Assembly: GCA_035515315.1 (NCBI GenBank)
Contig: DATJBO010000072.1
Location: 1-59,031, forward strand
DNA from: Solirubrobacteraceae bacterium
Lineage (GTDB): Bacteria; Actinomycetota; Thermoleophilia; Solirubrobacterales; Solirubrobacteraceae
DNA: 59,031 nt
Direction of reading: 5' to 3'
Part shown: positions 46,174 through 56,668 of the stretch, one piece after another
Layout of the letters: the number at the start of each line of letters is the position of its first letter
Position numbering within the stretch: the stretch's first letter is position 1
Program-made: the position numbers and the translations under genes
Notes under the pieces: generated by a model
What the model was told of the DNA's origin: nothing
Seen by the model: the letters and a program-made list of their open reading frames with translations, nothing else
The model's database searches: none

Positions 46174-47004
46174 ATGGCGATCGACGTCTGGATGCAGCAC
46201 CCCACCCTGCGTTTCCTGGCGCACGAAATGTTCGCCTCGGTGCGACGCTGGGGAGGCGAGCAGCAGCCCACCGAAGAGCTGCCGGTGGCGGCCACCGTTG
46301 CGGCCATGGATGCGGGGCAGGTGGACGTCGGGATCCTTGCCGCGTGGCTGGCGCCGGGCGGGGAGGAGCTGATCTCGAACGAGGAGGTGGCGGGATGGGT
46401 TGCCGAGCGCCCCGACCGCTTCCGCGCGCTCGCCGCGGTCGACCTCGACGCGCCGATGCGGGCCGTGCGGGAGCTTCGCCGCCGCGTCCAGGAGGACGGC
46501 TTCATCGGCGTGCGCGTGGTGCCGTGGCTGTGGAACGCCCCTCCGACCGACCGGCGCTACTACCCGCTGTACGCGGCGTGCGTCGAGCTGGACGTGCCGT
46601 TCTGCACCCAGGTAGGCCACACCGGGCCGCTGCGCCCGTCGGAGACGGGGCGCCCGATCCCCTACATCGACCAGGTCGCGATCGACTTTCCGGAGCTGAC
46701 GATCGTGTGCGGCCACGTCGGCTATCCGTGGACCGAGGAGATGGTCGCCGTGGCCCGCAAGCACGAAAACGTGTACATCGACACCTCGGCCTACACGACC
46801 AGGCGCCTGCCACCCGAGCTCGTCGCCTACGTGAAGACCGGCAGCGGCCGCAGGAAGGTGATGTTCGGCACCAACTACCCGATGATCGCGCCGGCGCACG
46901 CGCTGGAAGGGCTCGAGCAGCTCGGGCTCGACGACGAGACGCGGGAGCTGTACCTGCAGGGCAACGCCCGGCGGGTGTTCGGGATCGCCGACGCACAGGC
47001 GTAG
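46174..47004 (+). CDS. Amidohydrolase family (Amidohydro_2) protein
   Basis: ISNEEVA, YYPLY, QVGHTGP, GHVGYPW, IDTSAY, FGTNYP. Confidence 0.9.
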   Translation: MAIDVWMQHPTLRFLAHEMFASVRRWGGEQQPTEELPVAATVAAMDAGQVDVGILAAWLAPGGEELISNEEVAGWVAERPDRFRALAAVDLDAPMRAVRELRRRVQEDGFIGVRVVPWLWNAPPTDRRYYPLYAACVELDVPFCTQVGHTGPLRPSETGRPIPYIDQVAIDFPELTIVCGHVGYPWTEEMVAVARKHENVYIDTSAYTTRRLPPELVAYVKTGSGRRKVMFGTNYPMIAPAHALEGLEQLGLDDETRELYLQGNARRVFGIADAQA

Positions 47005-47074
47005 GCCCGGCGTCGGCCCGCGCGCCCGGCTCCGTCCCAGGCCCGACGCCGTCCCGCGCGCCCGGCTCCGTCCC
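47003..47074. repeat. 36-bp intergenic tandem duplication between convergent genes
   Basis: AGGCCCG.CG.CG.CCCGCGCGCCCGGCTCCGTCCC twice. Confidence 0.75.
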
Positions 47075-47105
47075 GCGCCACGCCGCCCCGGGGCGTCGAC
47101 GCCGC

Positions 47106-48047
47106 TCAGGAGCCTTCGATCTCGCCCAGGTCCCCGGCGCTCAGGTGGAGGTCCGCCGCGGCCAGCACCGGATCGACCTGCTCGGCCGAGCGGAACCCGA
47201 CGATGGCCCCGTCCACGGCCGGGTTGGCGAGCGTCCAGGCGACCGCCGCGGCCCCCGGCGAGACCTGGTGACGCTCGGCCACGCGGGCCAGGCGCTCGAC
47301 CAGGGCGAGGTTCTCCGACAGCTGCGGCTCGTTGAAGCGCGGGTCGCGCCTGCGCCAGTCGTCCGCGGGCAGCCCCTGCGCCCGCTCGCGGGTCATCGCA
47401 CCCGTCAGCATCCCCGAGCCCATCGGGGAGTAGACGATCACGCCGGTCCCCTCCCGCTCGGCGAAGGGCAGGAGATCGCGCTCGGCGTCGCGCTCGATCA
47501 GCGAGTACTGCGGCTGTAGCGTCTCCACCGGGGCGATCTGCTGGATCCGCCGCAGCTGGTCCACGTCGAAGTTGGACACGCCGATGTGGCGCACCAGCCC
47601 TTCCTGCTTGAGCTCGGCCAGCGCCGCCCACCCCTCCTCGATCTCCTCCGGGGGATCGGGCCAGTGGATCTGGTAGAGGTCGATCGCCTGCACCCCCAGC
47701 CGCTGCAGGCTCGCGTGCGCCTCTCGCATGATCGAGTCGCGCTGGAGGTTGTGTACCACGCGCCCGCCGGGACCCTCGAGCAGCGAGCACTTGGTGAACA
47801 CGTAGGGCGGGGCGGCGAGTCCCCGCAGCGCCCGTCCCACGACCTCCTCGGAGTGCCCGAAGCCGTACGCGGCCGCAGTGTCGATCCAGTTGACGCCGAG
47901 CTCGAGGGCGCGTTGGATGGCTCCCAGCGACTGCTCGTCGGCCTGCGGGCCCCACCCGAACTCCCACCCACCGCCGCCGATCGCCCACGCGCCGAAGCCG
48001 AGTCGCGTGATCTCCATACCGGTCCGGCCGAGCTGGATCGTCTTCAT
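47106..48047 (-). CDS. Aldo/keto reductase
   Basis: [40 protein letters not shown]. Confidence 0.93.
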   Translation of the reverse strand: MKTIQLGRTGMEITRLGFGAWAIGGGGWEFGWGPQADEQSLGAIQRALELGVNWIDTAAAYGFGHSEEVVGRALRGLAAPPYVFTKCSLLEGPGGRVVHNLQRDSIMREAHASLQRLGVQAIDLYQIHWPDPPEEIEEGWAALAELKQEGLVRHIGVSNFDVDQLRRIQQIAPVETLQPQYSLIERDAERDLLPFAEREGTGVIVYSPMGSGMLTGAMTRERAQGLPADDWRRRDPRFNEPQLSENLALVERLARVAERHQVSPGAAAVAWTLANPAVDGAIVGFRSAEQVDPVLAAADLHLSAGDLGEIEGS

Positions 48048-48138
48048 CGCCACCCCGGGACGGTACAGCGCGCCAAGCACCGCGGCTTGACGCGCCGCGT
48101 GCACCTCGAAGCGCCCCGCTCCCCGCAGCGCCCAGCGC

Positions 48139-48162
48139 TAAGGGTCCTCGCCCGGACCCTTA
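48139..48162. promoter_or_regulatory. Perfect inverted repeat, putative operator upstream of the ABC transporter
   Basis: TAAGGGTCC-N6-GGACCCTTA; -10-like TAGCTT at 48187. Confidence 0.6.
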
Positions 48163-48203
48163 CGGGTGGCCGGGATCCGATCGGGTAGCTTGAATCACAG
48201 CGG

Positions 48204-48965
48204 ATGTCCCTGGCAGAGAACACCACGGCCCCCACCGTCGCCGCCGTCCCGGTGACGGCCCGAGGTCTTATCCGCCGCTTCGGCGAGGGCGCCACCGCGG
48301 TGCAGGCCCTGCGGGGCGTCGATCTCGACGTGGGCGGCGGCGAACTGGTCGCCGTGATGGGCCCCTCTGGGTCGGGGAAGTCGACCCTGATGCACCTGTT
48401 GGCCGGTCTCGACCAGCCCACCTCGGGGACCGTGGCGATCGCCGGCACCGAGCTCGGCACGCTCGATGATGGCGACCTGACACGTCTGCGCCGCACGCAC
48501 ATCGGCTTCATCTTCCAGTTCTTCAACCTGCTGCCGATGCTCGATGCCGAAGAGAACGTCACGCTGCCGCTGGCGATCGCGGGCGAGCGCGCCGACTCTG
48601 CATGGCTTGGCCAGCTGATGGACAAGGTGGGTCTCGCGGCGCGCAGCAGGCACCGACCAGCGGAGCTCTCGGGCGGCGAGCAGCAGCGTGTGGCGATCGC
48701 GCGTGCCCTGATCACGCGTCCAACGATCCTGCTCGCCGATGAGCCGACCGGCAACCTCGACTCCAAGACCGGCGGGGAAATCCTCGAGCTGATGCGCGAG
48801 TCGGTCGACGCCTACGGCCAGACGACGGTGATGGTGACGCACGACCCGCGGGCGGCCGCGATCGCCGACCGCATCCTGTTCATCGCCGACGGACGAATCG
48901 TCAAGGAGCTGGCGGGCGTGACGGCGGCGGAGGTCCTCGCCGTGATGGGCGAGCTCTCGGCGTGA
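48204..48965 (+). CDS. ABC transporter ATP-binding protein (LolD/MacB type)
   Basis: [31 protein letters not shown]. Confidence 0.95.
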   Translation: MSLAENTTAPTVAAVPVTARGLIRRFGEGATAVQALRGVDLDVGGGELVAVMGPSGSGKSTLMHLLAGLDQPTSGTVAIAGTELGTLDDGDLTRLRRTHIGFIFQFFNLLPMLDAEENVTLPLAIAGERADSAWLGQLMDKVGLAARSRHRPAELSGGEQQRVAIARALITRPTILLADEPTGNLDSKTGGEILELMRESVDAYGQTTVMVTHDPRAAAIADRILFIADGRIVKELAGVTAAEVLAVMGELSA

Positions 48966-51532
48966 TCCGCGTCGCGCTGAAGGGCCTCGCCGGGCGCAAG
49001 CTGCGGGCGGTGCTGACGGCGCTGGCGATCGTGCTCGGAGTCGCAATGATCAGCGGCACCTACATCCTCACCGACACCATCAAATCGGCGTTCGGGACCG
49101 TGTTCGAAACCGTTTATCAGCACACCGACGTCGTCATCAAGGGCAAGAGCGCAGTCAGCGGAGAAGAAGAAGAAGGCGGCGAAAGGCGTGAGGCGCCCGC
49201 GTTCTCCGAAGCCGTGCTCGCCAGGGTGCGCGCGCTCCCCGGTGTCGCGGAAGCACAGGGAGCCGTCGAAGACACCGCACAGCTGGTAGGGCGCGATGGC
49301 AAAGTGATCGCCGTCGGCGGCGCTCCCGACCTGGCCTTCAGCGTGCATCCGCACGGCAACCAACGTTTCAATCCGCTCACTCTCACCGCCGGCAGCTGGC
49401 CGGTCGGTCCTGGTCAAGTCGCGATCGACGCGAACACGGCCAAACGGCACAACTACAAGGTTGGCCAGACGATCGGCGTGATCGCCCTGGGTGCCGAGCA
49501 GCGCCTGCGCATCTCGGGCATCGCGAAGATCGGCGGTGTCTCCTCGCTCGGCGGCGCGACGATGGCGATCCTCGAATTCGCCGTCGCGCAAAAGGCGTTC
49601 CACAAGGAGGGGCAGCTGGACTCGATCTCGATCGCGGCCGCCCACGGCTACTCGCCGGAGCGGCTGGTCGAAGAGATCAAGCCGCTGCTCCCGCCCAACG
49701 CCCAGGTTCGCACAGGTGAAGCCCAGGCCAAGCAACAGACGAAGACCACCAACGGCTTCCTCTCGATCATCCAGAACTTCCTGCTGGCATTCGGCGGGGT
49801 CGCGCTGTTCGTGGGCGCGTTCGTGATCGCGAACACCCTCTCGATCACGATCGCGCAGCGTACGCGCGAGCTCGCCACGCTGCGCACGCTGGGCGCGACC
49901 CAGCGGCAGGTACGTCGCTCCGTGCTCGTCGAAGCCTTCCTGATCGGCCTGCTCGCCTCCGTCGTGGGGCTGTTCCTCGGGCTGGGACTCGCGAAGGGGC
50001 TGAACTCCCTGTTCGTGTCCTTCGGCATCGACCTGCCGCAGGCCGCGACCGTGTTCGCCACGCGCACGGTAGTGGTCTCGCTGCTCGTGGGGGTCGGGAT
50101 CACGATGCTCGCGGCGTTGCGGCCCGCGATCCGGGCGACGCGCGTGCCGCCGATAGCGGCCGTGCGCGAGGGCGCCGTGCTGCCGACCTCGCGCTTTGCC
50201 CGCTACGGAAATGTCGCCGCGTCGCTGACGATCGGCGTGGCTGTGGCGCTGATGCTGGTGGGCCTGTTCGCCGGCTCGCTGTCCACGGCTCCTCGCCTGC
50301 TCGCGATCGGCCTCGGCGCGGCCAGCTTGTTCGTGGGCGTCGCGATGCTCGCCAAGACGCTCGTGCCGCCCCTTGCGGCGGTACTGGGATGGCCCGGGAC
50401 GAGGATCGGCGGCACCGCCGGCAGGCTCGCGCGAGGGAATGCGAAGCGCAACCCGGCGCGCACCGCCTCGACCGCGTCGGCGCTGATGATCGGGCTGGCG
50501 CTGGTCACGCTGGTGGCGGTCCTGGCGGCGGGACTGAAGTCGACCTTCGAGGGCGCCATCAACCAGCTCTTCCACGGCGACTACGCGCTTACCGCGACGA
50601 ACAACTTCTCGCCGATCTCCACCGCCTCGGCGGAAGCGGTCGCGAAGGTGCCGGGCGTCGAAGTCGTCTCCGGCGTCCGCGCCGGCTTTGGGCGCACGTC
50701 CGGCGGGAAGGTGAACGTCAGTGGCGTGTCGGGCGACATCAGCCGCGTGATCCACGTCAAGTGGAAGCACGGCTCGCCGGCCGTGCCCGCTGAGCTCGGG
50801 CACGACGGCGCGTTCGTGTCAAAGGACTACGCCAAAGAAGAACATCTGCACGTCGGCTCGCCGCTGATCGTCAAGACGCCGACGGGCAAGGTCATGCACC
50901 TGTACCTGCGCGGCATCTTCGTGCCTCCCAAGGGGGGCTCGCCGTTCGGCGACATCACGATCTCCACCAACCGCTTCGACGCCGAATACCAGAACCCGCA
51001 GAGCGTCTACACGTTCATCGACATGGCCGGTGGCGCGAACGCCGCCAACACGCACCGCCTGCAAGCGGCGTTGGCTGCCTTCCCGGACGCGAAGCTCCAG
51101 ACCGAGAGCCAGTTCAAGGAAAACCAGGAGAAGGGCATCGACACGCTGCTGAACCTGCTCTACGTGCTGCTCTCGTTGTCCGTCATCGTAAGCCTCTTCG
51201 GGATCGTCAACACGCTCGTGCTGACCGTGTTCGAGCGCACGCGCGAGCTGGGGATGCTGCGCGCGGTGGGGATGACACGCCGGCAGGTGCGCAGCATGAT
51301 CCGCCACGAGAGCGTCATCACGGCGCTGATCGGCGCGGCGCTCGGGATCCCTGTCGGGGTCCTCCTCGCGCTGATGATCGGGCAGGCGATCGAATACCCG
51401 GCCTTCACGATCCCGGTCGGGACGCTCGTGGTGGTCGTGATCGCCGCGATCCTCGCAGGCCTGCTCGCGGCGATCTTCCCGGCCCGACGAGCTGCGCGGC
51501 TGAACGTGCTGCGGGCGCTGCAGTACGAGTAG
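48962..51532 (+). CDS. ABC transporter permease, duplicated FtsX/MacB type
   Basis: NTLSITIAQRTRELATLRTLGA and NTLVLTVFERTRELGMLRAVG; two large extracellular loops. Confidence 0.93.
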   Translation: MIRVALKGLAGRKLRAVLTALAIVLGVAMISGTYILTDTIKSAFGTVFETVYQHTDVVIKGKSAVSGEEEEGGERREAPAFSEAVLARVRALPGVAEAQGAVEDTAQLVGRDGKVIAVGGAPDLAFSVHPHGNQRFNPLTLTAGSWPVGPGQVAIDANTAKRHNYKVGQTIGVIALGAEQRLRISGIAKIGGVSSLGGATMAILEFAVAQKAFHKEGQLDSISIAAAHGYSPERLVEEIKPLLPPNAQVRTGEAQAKQQTKTTNGFLSIIQNFLLAFGGVALFVGAFVIANTLSITIAQRTRELATLRTLGATQRQVRRSVLVEAFLIGLLASVVGLFLGLGLAKGLNSLFVSFGIDLPQAATVFATRTVVVSLLVGVGITMLAALRPAIRATRVPPIAAVREGAVLPTSRFARYGNVAASLTIGVAVALMLVGLFAGSLSTAPRLLAIGLGAASLFVGVAMLAKTLVPPLAAVLGWPGTRIGGTAGRLARGNAKRNPARTASTASALMIGLALVTLVAVLAAGLKSTFEGAINQLFHGDYALTATNNFSPISTASAEAVAKVPGVEVVSGVRAGFGRTSGGKVNVSGVSGDISRVIHVKWKHGSPAVPAELGHDGAFVSKDYAKEEHLHVGSPLIVKTPTGKVMHLYLRGIFVPPKGGSPFGDITISTNRFDAEYQNPQSVYTFIDMAGGANAANTHRLQAALAAFPDAKLQTESQFKENQEKGIDTLLNLLYVLLSLSVIVSLFGIVNTLVLTVFERTRELGMLRAVGMTRRQVRSMIRHESVITALIGAALGIPVGVLLALMIGQAIEYPAFTIPVGTLVVVVIAAILAGLLAAIFPARRAARLNVLRALQYE

Positions 51533-51631
51533 CAGCCGCCCCGGCACGCCCCCGCGGGGCGGGTGGGTCCCGCCACGCACGGGAACCGCCTGCCGGCCCC
51601 GTCGCGGGCGACTAAGCTGCGCGGTCGAGCG

Positions 51632-53452
51632 ATGGCTGGCGGCGCCGGCACAGATACCCGCGACGAGCAGCTCGAGGCCGCGTCCTGGGACCTCGAGCAA
51701 CTGGTCGACGGCGAGGGCGAACAGGGCGCCCGGGACCGGCTCGCCGAGGCCCTCGAGCGCGCCCGCGCGTTCGCCGAGAGCTACTCCGGACGCCTGCAGC
51801 AGCTCGATAGCTCCGGGCTGGCGGAGGCGATGCGGGAGCTCGCCGAGATCCAGGAGCTGGCGGCCCGGGGCGGCTACTTCGCGGCGCTGAGCTTCTCGAC
51901 CGACACCGCGGACCCGCAGCGCGGGGCGCTGCTCGCCCACGCCCAGGAGCAGGAGACCGCGATCCAGACGTCGCTGCTGTTCTTCGAGCTGCAGTGGGCG
52001 GCGCTCGCCGACGAGCGCGCCGAGGAGCTGCTCGCGGACGAGGGCCTGGACTTCTGCCGCCACCACCTGCGCAGTGTGCGCCGCTACCGGGAGCACCTGC
52101 TCAGCGAGCCCGAGGAGAAGATGCTCGCCGAGAAGAACCTGACCGGCGCGGGGGCCTGGACGCGTCTGTTCGAAGAGCTCACCTCGTCGATCAAGGTGCG
52201 CCTGCCGGACGGCCCCGACGAGGGCGTGGCGCTCGACGTCGCCCTCAGCCGGCTGATGAGCCCCGACCGCGAGGAGCGGCGCATCAGCGCCGAGGCGGTC
52301 ACGGAGGCGCTCGCGCCGGGCCTGCGCACGCGGGCCTACGTGTTCAACACGCTGCTCGCCGACAAGGCGATCGACGATCGCCTGCGCCGCTACCCCCACT
52401 GGCTGGCGGCGCGCAACCTAGCCAACGAAGCCAGCGACGAGTCGGTCGCCGCCCTTGTGGAGGCGGTCAGCGGGCGCTATGAGATCGCGCGCTCCTGGTA
52501 CCGCCTGAAGGCGGGTCTGCTGGGGGTGGGGCGGCTGGCCGACTACGACCGCATGGCGGCGGTCACCGAGGACGACGTCGAGTACCCGTACGCGCAGGCG
52601 CGCGAGATCGTGGTCGACTGCTACCGCTCCTTCTCGCCCGAGCTCGGCCGCCTCGCCGGGCGCTTCTTCTCCGAGAGCCACGTCGACGCGCCGGTGCGCC
52701 CGGCCAAGCGCGGCGGAGCGTTCTGCGCGGCGGCGACGCCGTCGGTGTTCCCGTATGTGCTGCTGAACTACACGTTCCGCCGCCGCGACGTGCTCACGCT
52801 CGCGCACGAGCTCGGCCACGGCGTGCACTTCGCGCTCGCCGCCGGCCAGGGGATCTTCCACCAGAGCACGCCACTGACCCTGGCCGAGACGGCGTCGGTG
52901 TTCGGCGAGACGATCGTGTTCGGGAGGCTCCTGGCGGAGGACAGCTCCCCGGCCTCGCGACTGGCGCTGCTCGCCTCGAACCTCGAGGACACGATCGCGA
53001 CGGTGTTCCGCCAGGTGGCGATGAACCGCTTCGAGGAGCTCGTCCACAACGCCCGGCGCCAAGAGGGCGAGCTGTCAGTGGCGCGGATCGGGGAGCTGTG
53101 GAGCGAGAGCCAGGAGGCGTTCTTCGGAGACTCGGTCGAGCTGACCGACGGCTACAGCACCTGGTGGTCCTACATCCCGCACTTCATCGGGAGCCCCGGA
53201 TACGTGTACGCGTACGCGTACGGCCAGCTGCTGGCGCTGTCGGTCTACGAGCGCTACGAACAGCTCGGGGAGGAGATGGTGCCGAGCTACCTCGAGCTGC
53301 TGGCCGCGGGGGGCTCGCGCACGCCCGAGGAGCTCGGTCGGATCGTCGGGGTGGACCTCGCCGACCCCGGCTTCTGGGACGCGGGGCTGGACCTCGTCCA
53401 GCGCCAGCTCGAGCAGGCCGAGCAGGCCGCCCGCGACGCGGGTCGCGTCTGA
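51632..53452 (+). CDS. M3B family oligoendopeptidase (PepF-like)
   Basis: KRGGAFC, LAHELGHG, LAETASVFGE, WSYIPHF, YVYAY. Confidence 0.93.
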   Translation: MAGGAGTDTRDEQLEAASWDLEQLVDGEGEQGARDRLAEALERARAFAESYSGRLQQLDSSGLAEAMRELAEIQELAARGGYFAALSFSTDTADPQRGALLAHAQEQETAIQTSLLFFELQWAALADERAEELLADEGLDFCRHHLRSVRRYREHLLSEPEEKMLAEKNLTGAGAWTRLFEELTSSIKVRLPDGPDEGVALDVALSRLMSPDREERRISAEAVTEALAPGLRTRAYVFNTLLADKAIDDRLRRYPHWLAARNLANEASDESVAALVEAVSGRYEIARSWYRLKAGLLGVGRLADYDRMAAVTEDDVEYPYAQAREIVVDCYRSFSPELGRLAGRFFSESHVDAPVRPAKRGGAFCAAATPSVFPYVLLNYTFRRRDVLTLAHELGHGVHFALAAGQGIFHQSTPLTLAETASVFGETIVFGRLLAEDSSPASRLALLASNLEDTIATVFRQVAMNRFEELVHNARRQEGELSVARIGELWSESQEAFFGDSVELTDGYSTWWSYIPHFIGSPGYVYAYAYGQLLALSVYERYEQLGEEMVPSYLELLAAGGSRTPEELGRIVGVDLADPGFWDAGLDLVQRQLEQAEQAARDAGRV

Positions 53453-53505
53453 CGGCGCCGGCCCCGGCCACCCGCCCCGCGCGGGGGTTCCGGGCCCCGG
53501 ATCCG

Positions 53506-55080
53506 CTACAGCCCGAGGGTCCCGGCCACGTGGCCCACCAGCTCGAACAGGGGCTGGGGGATCACGCCGAAGAAGACCGTCGCCGCACCGCACAGCAGGG
53601 CCACGAACAGGACCTCGGGCTGGGGGGTGCGTGCGCTGAGCGCCTCGGTGGGCTCGTCGTCGAGCTCCGGCGAGCCGCCCGCCAGCACCGGCAGCGGGCC
53701 CGCGCCGGGTGGCTCGGGCTCGGGCCGGCCGGCGGGCGCGGGCGCTTCGCGCATCCACATCGCGGCGATCACCGGGAGGTAGTAGCCGAGCGAGATCATC
53801 GAGCCGACCACGATCACCACCCCGAGCCAGGCGTAGCCGCCGCTGACGGCGGCGTCGATCAAATAGAACTTGCCGATGAACCCGGCCGTGGCCGGGATCC
53901 CCGCGAGGCCGAGCATCGCGATCGTCATCGGCCACGCCAGGAGCGGGCGCTGGCGGCCGAGGCCGGCCACTGCGGCGATGCCGTCGCCGAGGTCGGTTTC
54001 CCGCTCGCGCGCCACGACGACCGCGAACGCCGCCAGGTTCATGAACAGGTACACGGCCAGGTAGAAGACGGTCGCCTTCGTGCCGAGGCTGCTCGCCACC
54101 ACCACGCCGGCCAGCATGTAGCCGACCTGGCCGATCGAGGAGTAGGCGAGCATCCGCTTCAGCGAGGACTGCCCGAGCGCCCCCACGTTGCCGACCAGGA
54201 TCGTGATCGTCGCCAGCGCCGCGATCGCGGGTGCCCAGCTGCTGCGGGTGCCGATCAGGGCGACCTCGAACAGGCGCAGGAACACGCCGAGCGCCGCGAC
54301 CTTGGTCGTCACCGCCATGAACGCCGTCACCGGCGTCGGGGCGCCCTCGTACACGTCCGGGGTCCACTGGTGGAACGGCGCCACCGAGGCCTTGAAGGCG
54401 AGGCCCGCAGCGCACAGGGCCACGCCCGTCAGCGTGAGCGGGTCGGTTGCCAGTCCGCCCTTGGCGAGCGCGCCCGCGATGCCGGTGAAGTCGGTGTGGC
54501 CGGTGGCCCCGTAGATCATCGCCAGGCCGTAAAGCAGCGTGGCCGAACCGACCGAGCCGATGATCAGGTACTTCAACCCGGACTCGAGCGAGTGCTCGCG
54601 TCGCATTTCGGTCGCGCACAGCACGTACAGCGGGATCGACAGGAGCTCGAGGCCGAGGAACAGGACGACCGTGTTCTGGGCGCCGGCGAGCAGCGACATC
54701 CCCGCCAGCGAGCTCAGCAGCAGGGCGTGGAACTCTCCGTGGGCGGCTTCCCGGGCCGCCAGCGAGCGCCACGCCAGCAGTACCGCGCAGGAGCCGCCGG
54801 CGATCAGGATGATGCTCAGCACCAGCCCCAGCCGGTCCACCCGCAGCGCCCCGGCAGCGACCCCCTCGTGGGTGTCCCACTGCCAGATCGTCAGGCCGAG
54901 GGCCGCCCCGAGGGCGACGAGGGTGAGCGCCGGCACGAGCGTGCGCCGCGCGAAGCGCGAGCCGAGCATGCCGAAGCCGAGCACCACGACGGCGCCGCCC
55001 AGCAGCGCGATCAGCGGCGACAGCGCGCCGAAGTCGATGTGCGGGCCGCGCAGGTGGGTGGCGGCGAGCAGCGGGATCAC
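53506..55080 (-). CDS. nuoN: NADH-quinone oxidoreductase subunit N
   Basis: ESGLKYL, FKASVAPFHQWTPDVYEGAPTP, KRMLAYSSI; GTG 55080 overlaps the nuoM stop. Confidence 0.95.
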   Translation of the reverse strand: MIPLLAATHLRGPHIDFGALSPLIALLGGAVVVLGFGMLGSRFARRTLVPALTLVALGAALGLTIWQWDTHEGVAAGALRVDRLGLVLSIILIAGGSCAVLLAWRSLAAREAAHGEFHALLLSSLAGMSLLAGAQNTVVLFLGLELLSIPLYVLCATEMRREHSLESGLKYLIIGSVGSATLLYGLAMIYGATGHTDFTGIAGALAKGGLATDPLTLTGVALCAAGLAFKASVAPFHQWTPDVYEGAPTPVTAFMAVTTKVAALGVFLRLFEVALIGTRSSWAPAIAALATITILVGNVGALGQSSLKRMLAYSSIGQVGYMLAGVVVASSLGTKATVFYLAVYLFMNLAAFAVVVARERETDLGDGIAAVAGLGRQRPLLAWPMTIAMLGLAGIPATAGFIGKFYLIDAAVSGGYAWLGVVIVVGSMISLGYYLPVIAAMWMREAPAPAGRPEPEPPGAGPLPVLAGGSPELDDEPTEALSARTPQPEVLFVALLCGAATVFFGVIPQPLFELVGHVAGTLGL

Positions 55081-56666
55081 GGCGACGCCCCCACGGAGGC
55101 GCGGGTGGAGGCGTCGGTGGAGGCGTCGGCCGAGGTGCCGGCCGGGGCTCGGGCGTAGCCGGAATGCCCGGAAACGACCGTGACCGGCGCGACGGCGCGC
55201 TTGACCGAGCGTTCGCTGCGGTGTAGGGCGATCTGCGGATACAGCGCCAGGAACAGCACGGCGGCGACCAGCGGTGCGAGCACGGCGCCCTCGCTGAGGG
55301 GGATCTCGCGCGAGTGCACCGACGGGCCGACGCGGTTGTGCATCGAGGTGATGAACAGTCGCAGCGCGTACACGCTCGCCAGCACGACGCCGCTGAAGGC
55401 GATGATCGCGATCACGAGCTTGGCGTTGAAGACGCCGAGCAGGATCAGGAACTCTCCCACGAAGTTCCCGGATCCGGGCATCGCGAGCGTCGCAAGCGCG
55501 ACGATCAGGAACAGGCTCGCCAGCACCGGTGCGCGGAAGGCGATGCCGCCCATCTCGCGGATGTCCTCCGAGCCCCCGGCGCGGCGTGCCAGCAGCACCA
55601 CGATGAACAGCAGGGCACCGACCACGAGGCCGTGGTTGACCATCTGCAGCAGCGCGCCCTGTGCGCCCTGGGAGTTGAGCGCGAAGATGCCGAGGGTGAT
55701 GAACCCGAGCTGGGCCACCGAGGAGTACCCGGCGACCAGCCGCGCGTCGGTCTGGCTGAAGGCCTGCGCGGAGCCGTACAGGATCGAGGCCAGCGCGATC
55801 ACCAGCATCAGCGTCTGGTAGTGAACCGAGGCGTGGGGCATCAGCGGCAGCACGATCGCCAGGAAGCCGTAGGCGCCGACCTTCGAGAGCACGCCCGAGA
55901 AGACCATCAGCACCTCGATCGGCATCGCGCGATAGCCGTCGGGCATCCAGCCGTGCAGCGGGAAGGCGGGCATCTTCACCAGGAAGGCGGCGGCGAAGCA
56001 CAGGAAGATCCAGTCCTGGGAGCCGTTCGGCAGGCCCATCGCCTGCAACGTGGAGAGCACGAAGGTGATGTGGTGGCCGCTGTGCTCGGAGGCGATCACA
56101 CCGAGCGCAACCGCGCCGGCGAGCATCAGCAACGAGCCCACGAGCGTGTAGATGACGAGCTTGATCGTCGCCCGCACGCGCCCCGGTTCGCGTCCCCAGC
56201 CGCCCGTCAGGAAGTAGAACGGGACGAGCATCAGGTCGAAGAACGCCACGAACAGCGCGAGGTCCTGCGCGAGGAACGCTCCGAGCACGGCGGACTCGGC
56301 GAGCATCAGGTTGAAGTAGAAGAGACGTGGCCGCTCCCACGTGCGCAGCGTGGCGGCGAACACCGCCACCGCGAACAGCAGCGTGGTGAGCGCCAGCAGG
56401 AACAGGTTCAACCCGGTCACGGCGAGCTTGTAGTGGATCCCCAGTTCGGCGATCCACACGACGTCGGTCACGTCCTGGGGGCCGCCCCCGGCCCTGTATT
56501 CGGCGACGTAGGCCAGCGACAGGCCGAGCGCGCCGAGCGCGCCCGCGAGCGCGAACGCGGCCGGCAGCCACGAGCGCGCCGGGCGCCGGCCGGCCAGCAG
56601 CGCGGCGAGGGCTCCCAGCACGCCGCTGGCGGCAGGCAACCAGAGCATGATCGAGAGGGGCGCCAT
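55077..56666 (-). CDS. nuoM: NADH-quinone oxidoreductase subunit M
   Basis: VKMPAFPLHGWMPD, SKVGAYG, QMVNHG, PGSGNFVGEF. Confidence 0.95.
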   Translation of the reverse strand: MAPLSIMLWLPAASGVLGALAALLAGRRPARSWLPAAFALAGALGALGLSLAYVAEYRAGGGPQDVTDVVWIAELGIHYKLAVTGLNLFLLALTTLLFAVAVFAATLRTWERPRLFYFNLMLAESAVLGAFLAQDLALFVAFFDLMLVPFYFLTGGWGREPGRVRATIKLVIYTLVGSLLMLAGAVALGVIASEHSGHHITFVLSTLQAMGLPNGSQDWIFLCFAAAFLVKMPAFPLHGWMPDGYRAMPIEVLMVFSGVLSKVGAYGFLAIVLPLMPHASVHYQTLMLVIALASILYGSAQAFSQTDARLVAGYSSVAQLGFITLGIFALNSQGAQGALLQMVNHGLVVGALLFIVVLLARRAGGSEDIREMGGIAFRAPVLASLFLIVALATLAMPGSGNFVGEFLILLGVFNAKLVIAIIAFSGVVLASVYALRLFITSMHNRVGPSVHSREIPLSEGAVLAPLVAAVLFLALYPQIALHRSERSVKRAVAPVTVVSGHSGYARAPAGTSADASTDASTRASVGASP

Positions 56667-56668
56667 CG

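Noticed and set aside
53506-56571. 1021-aa NuoN fusion
   Set aside because: The upstream half is an off-frame shadow of nuoM; the real start is GTG 55080
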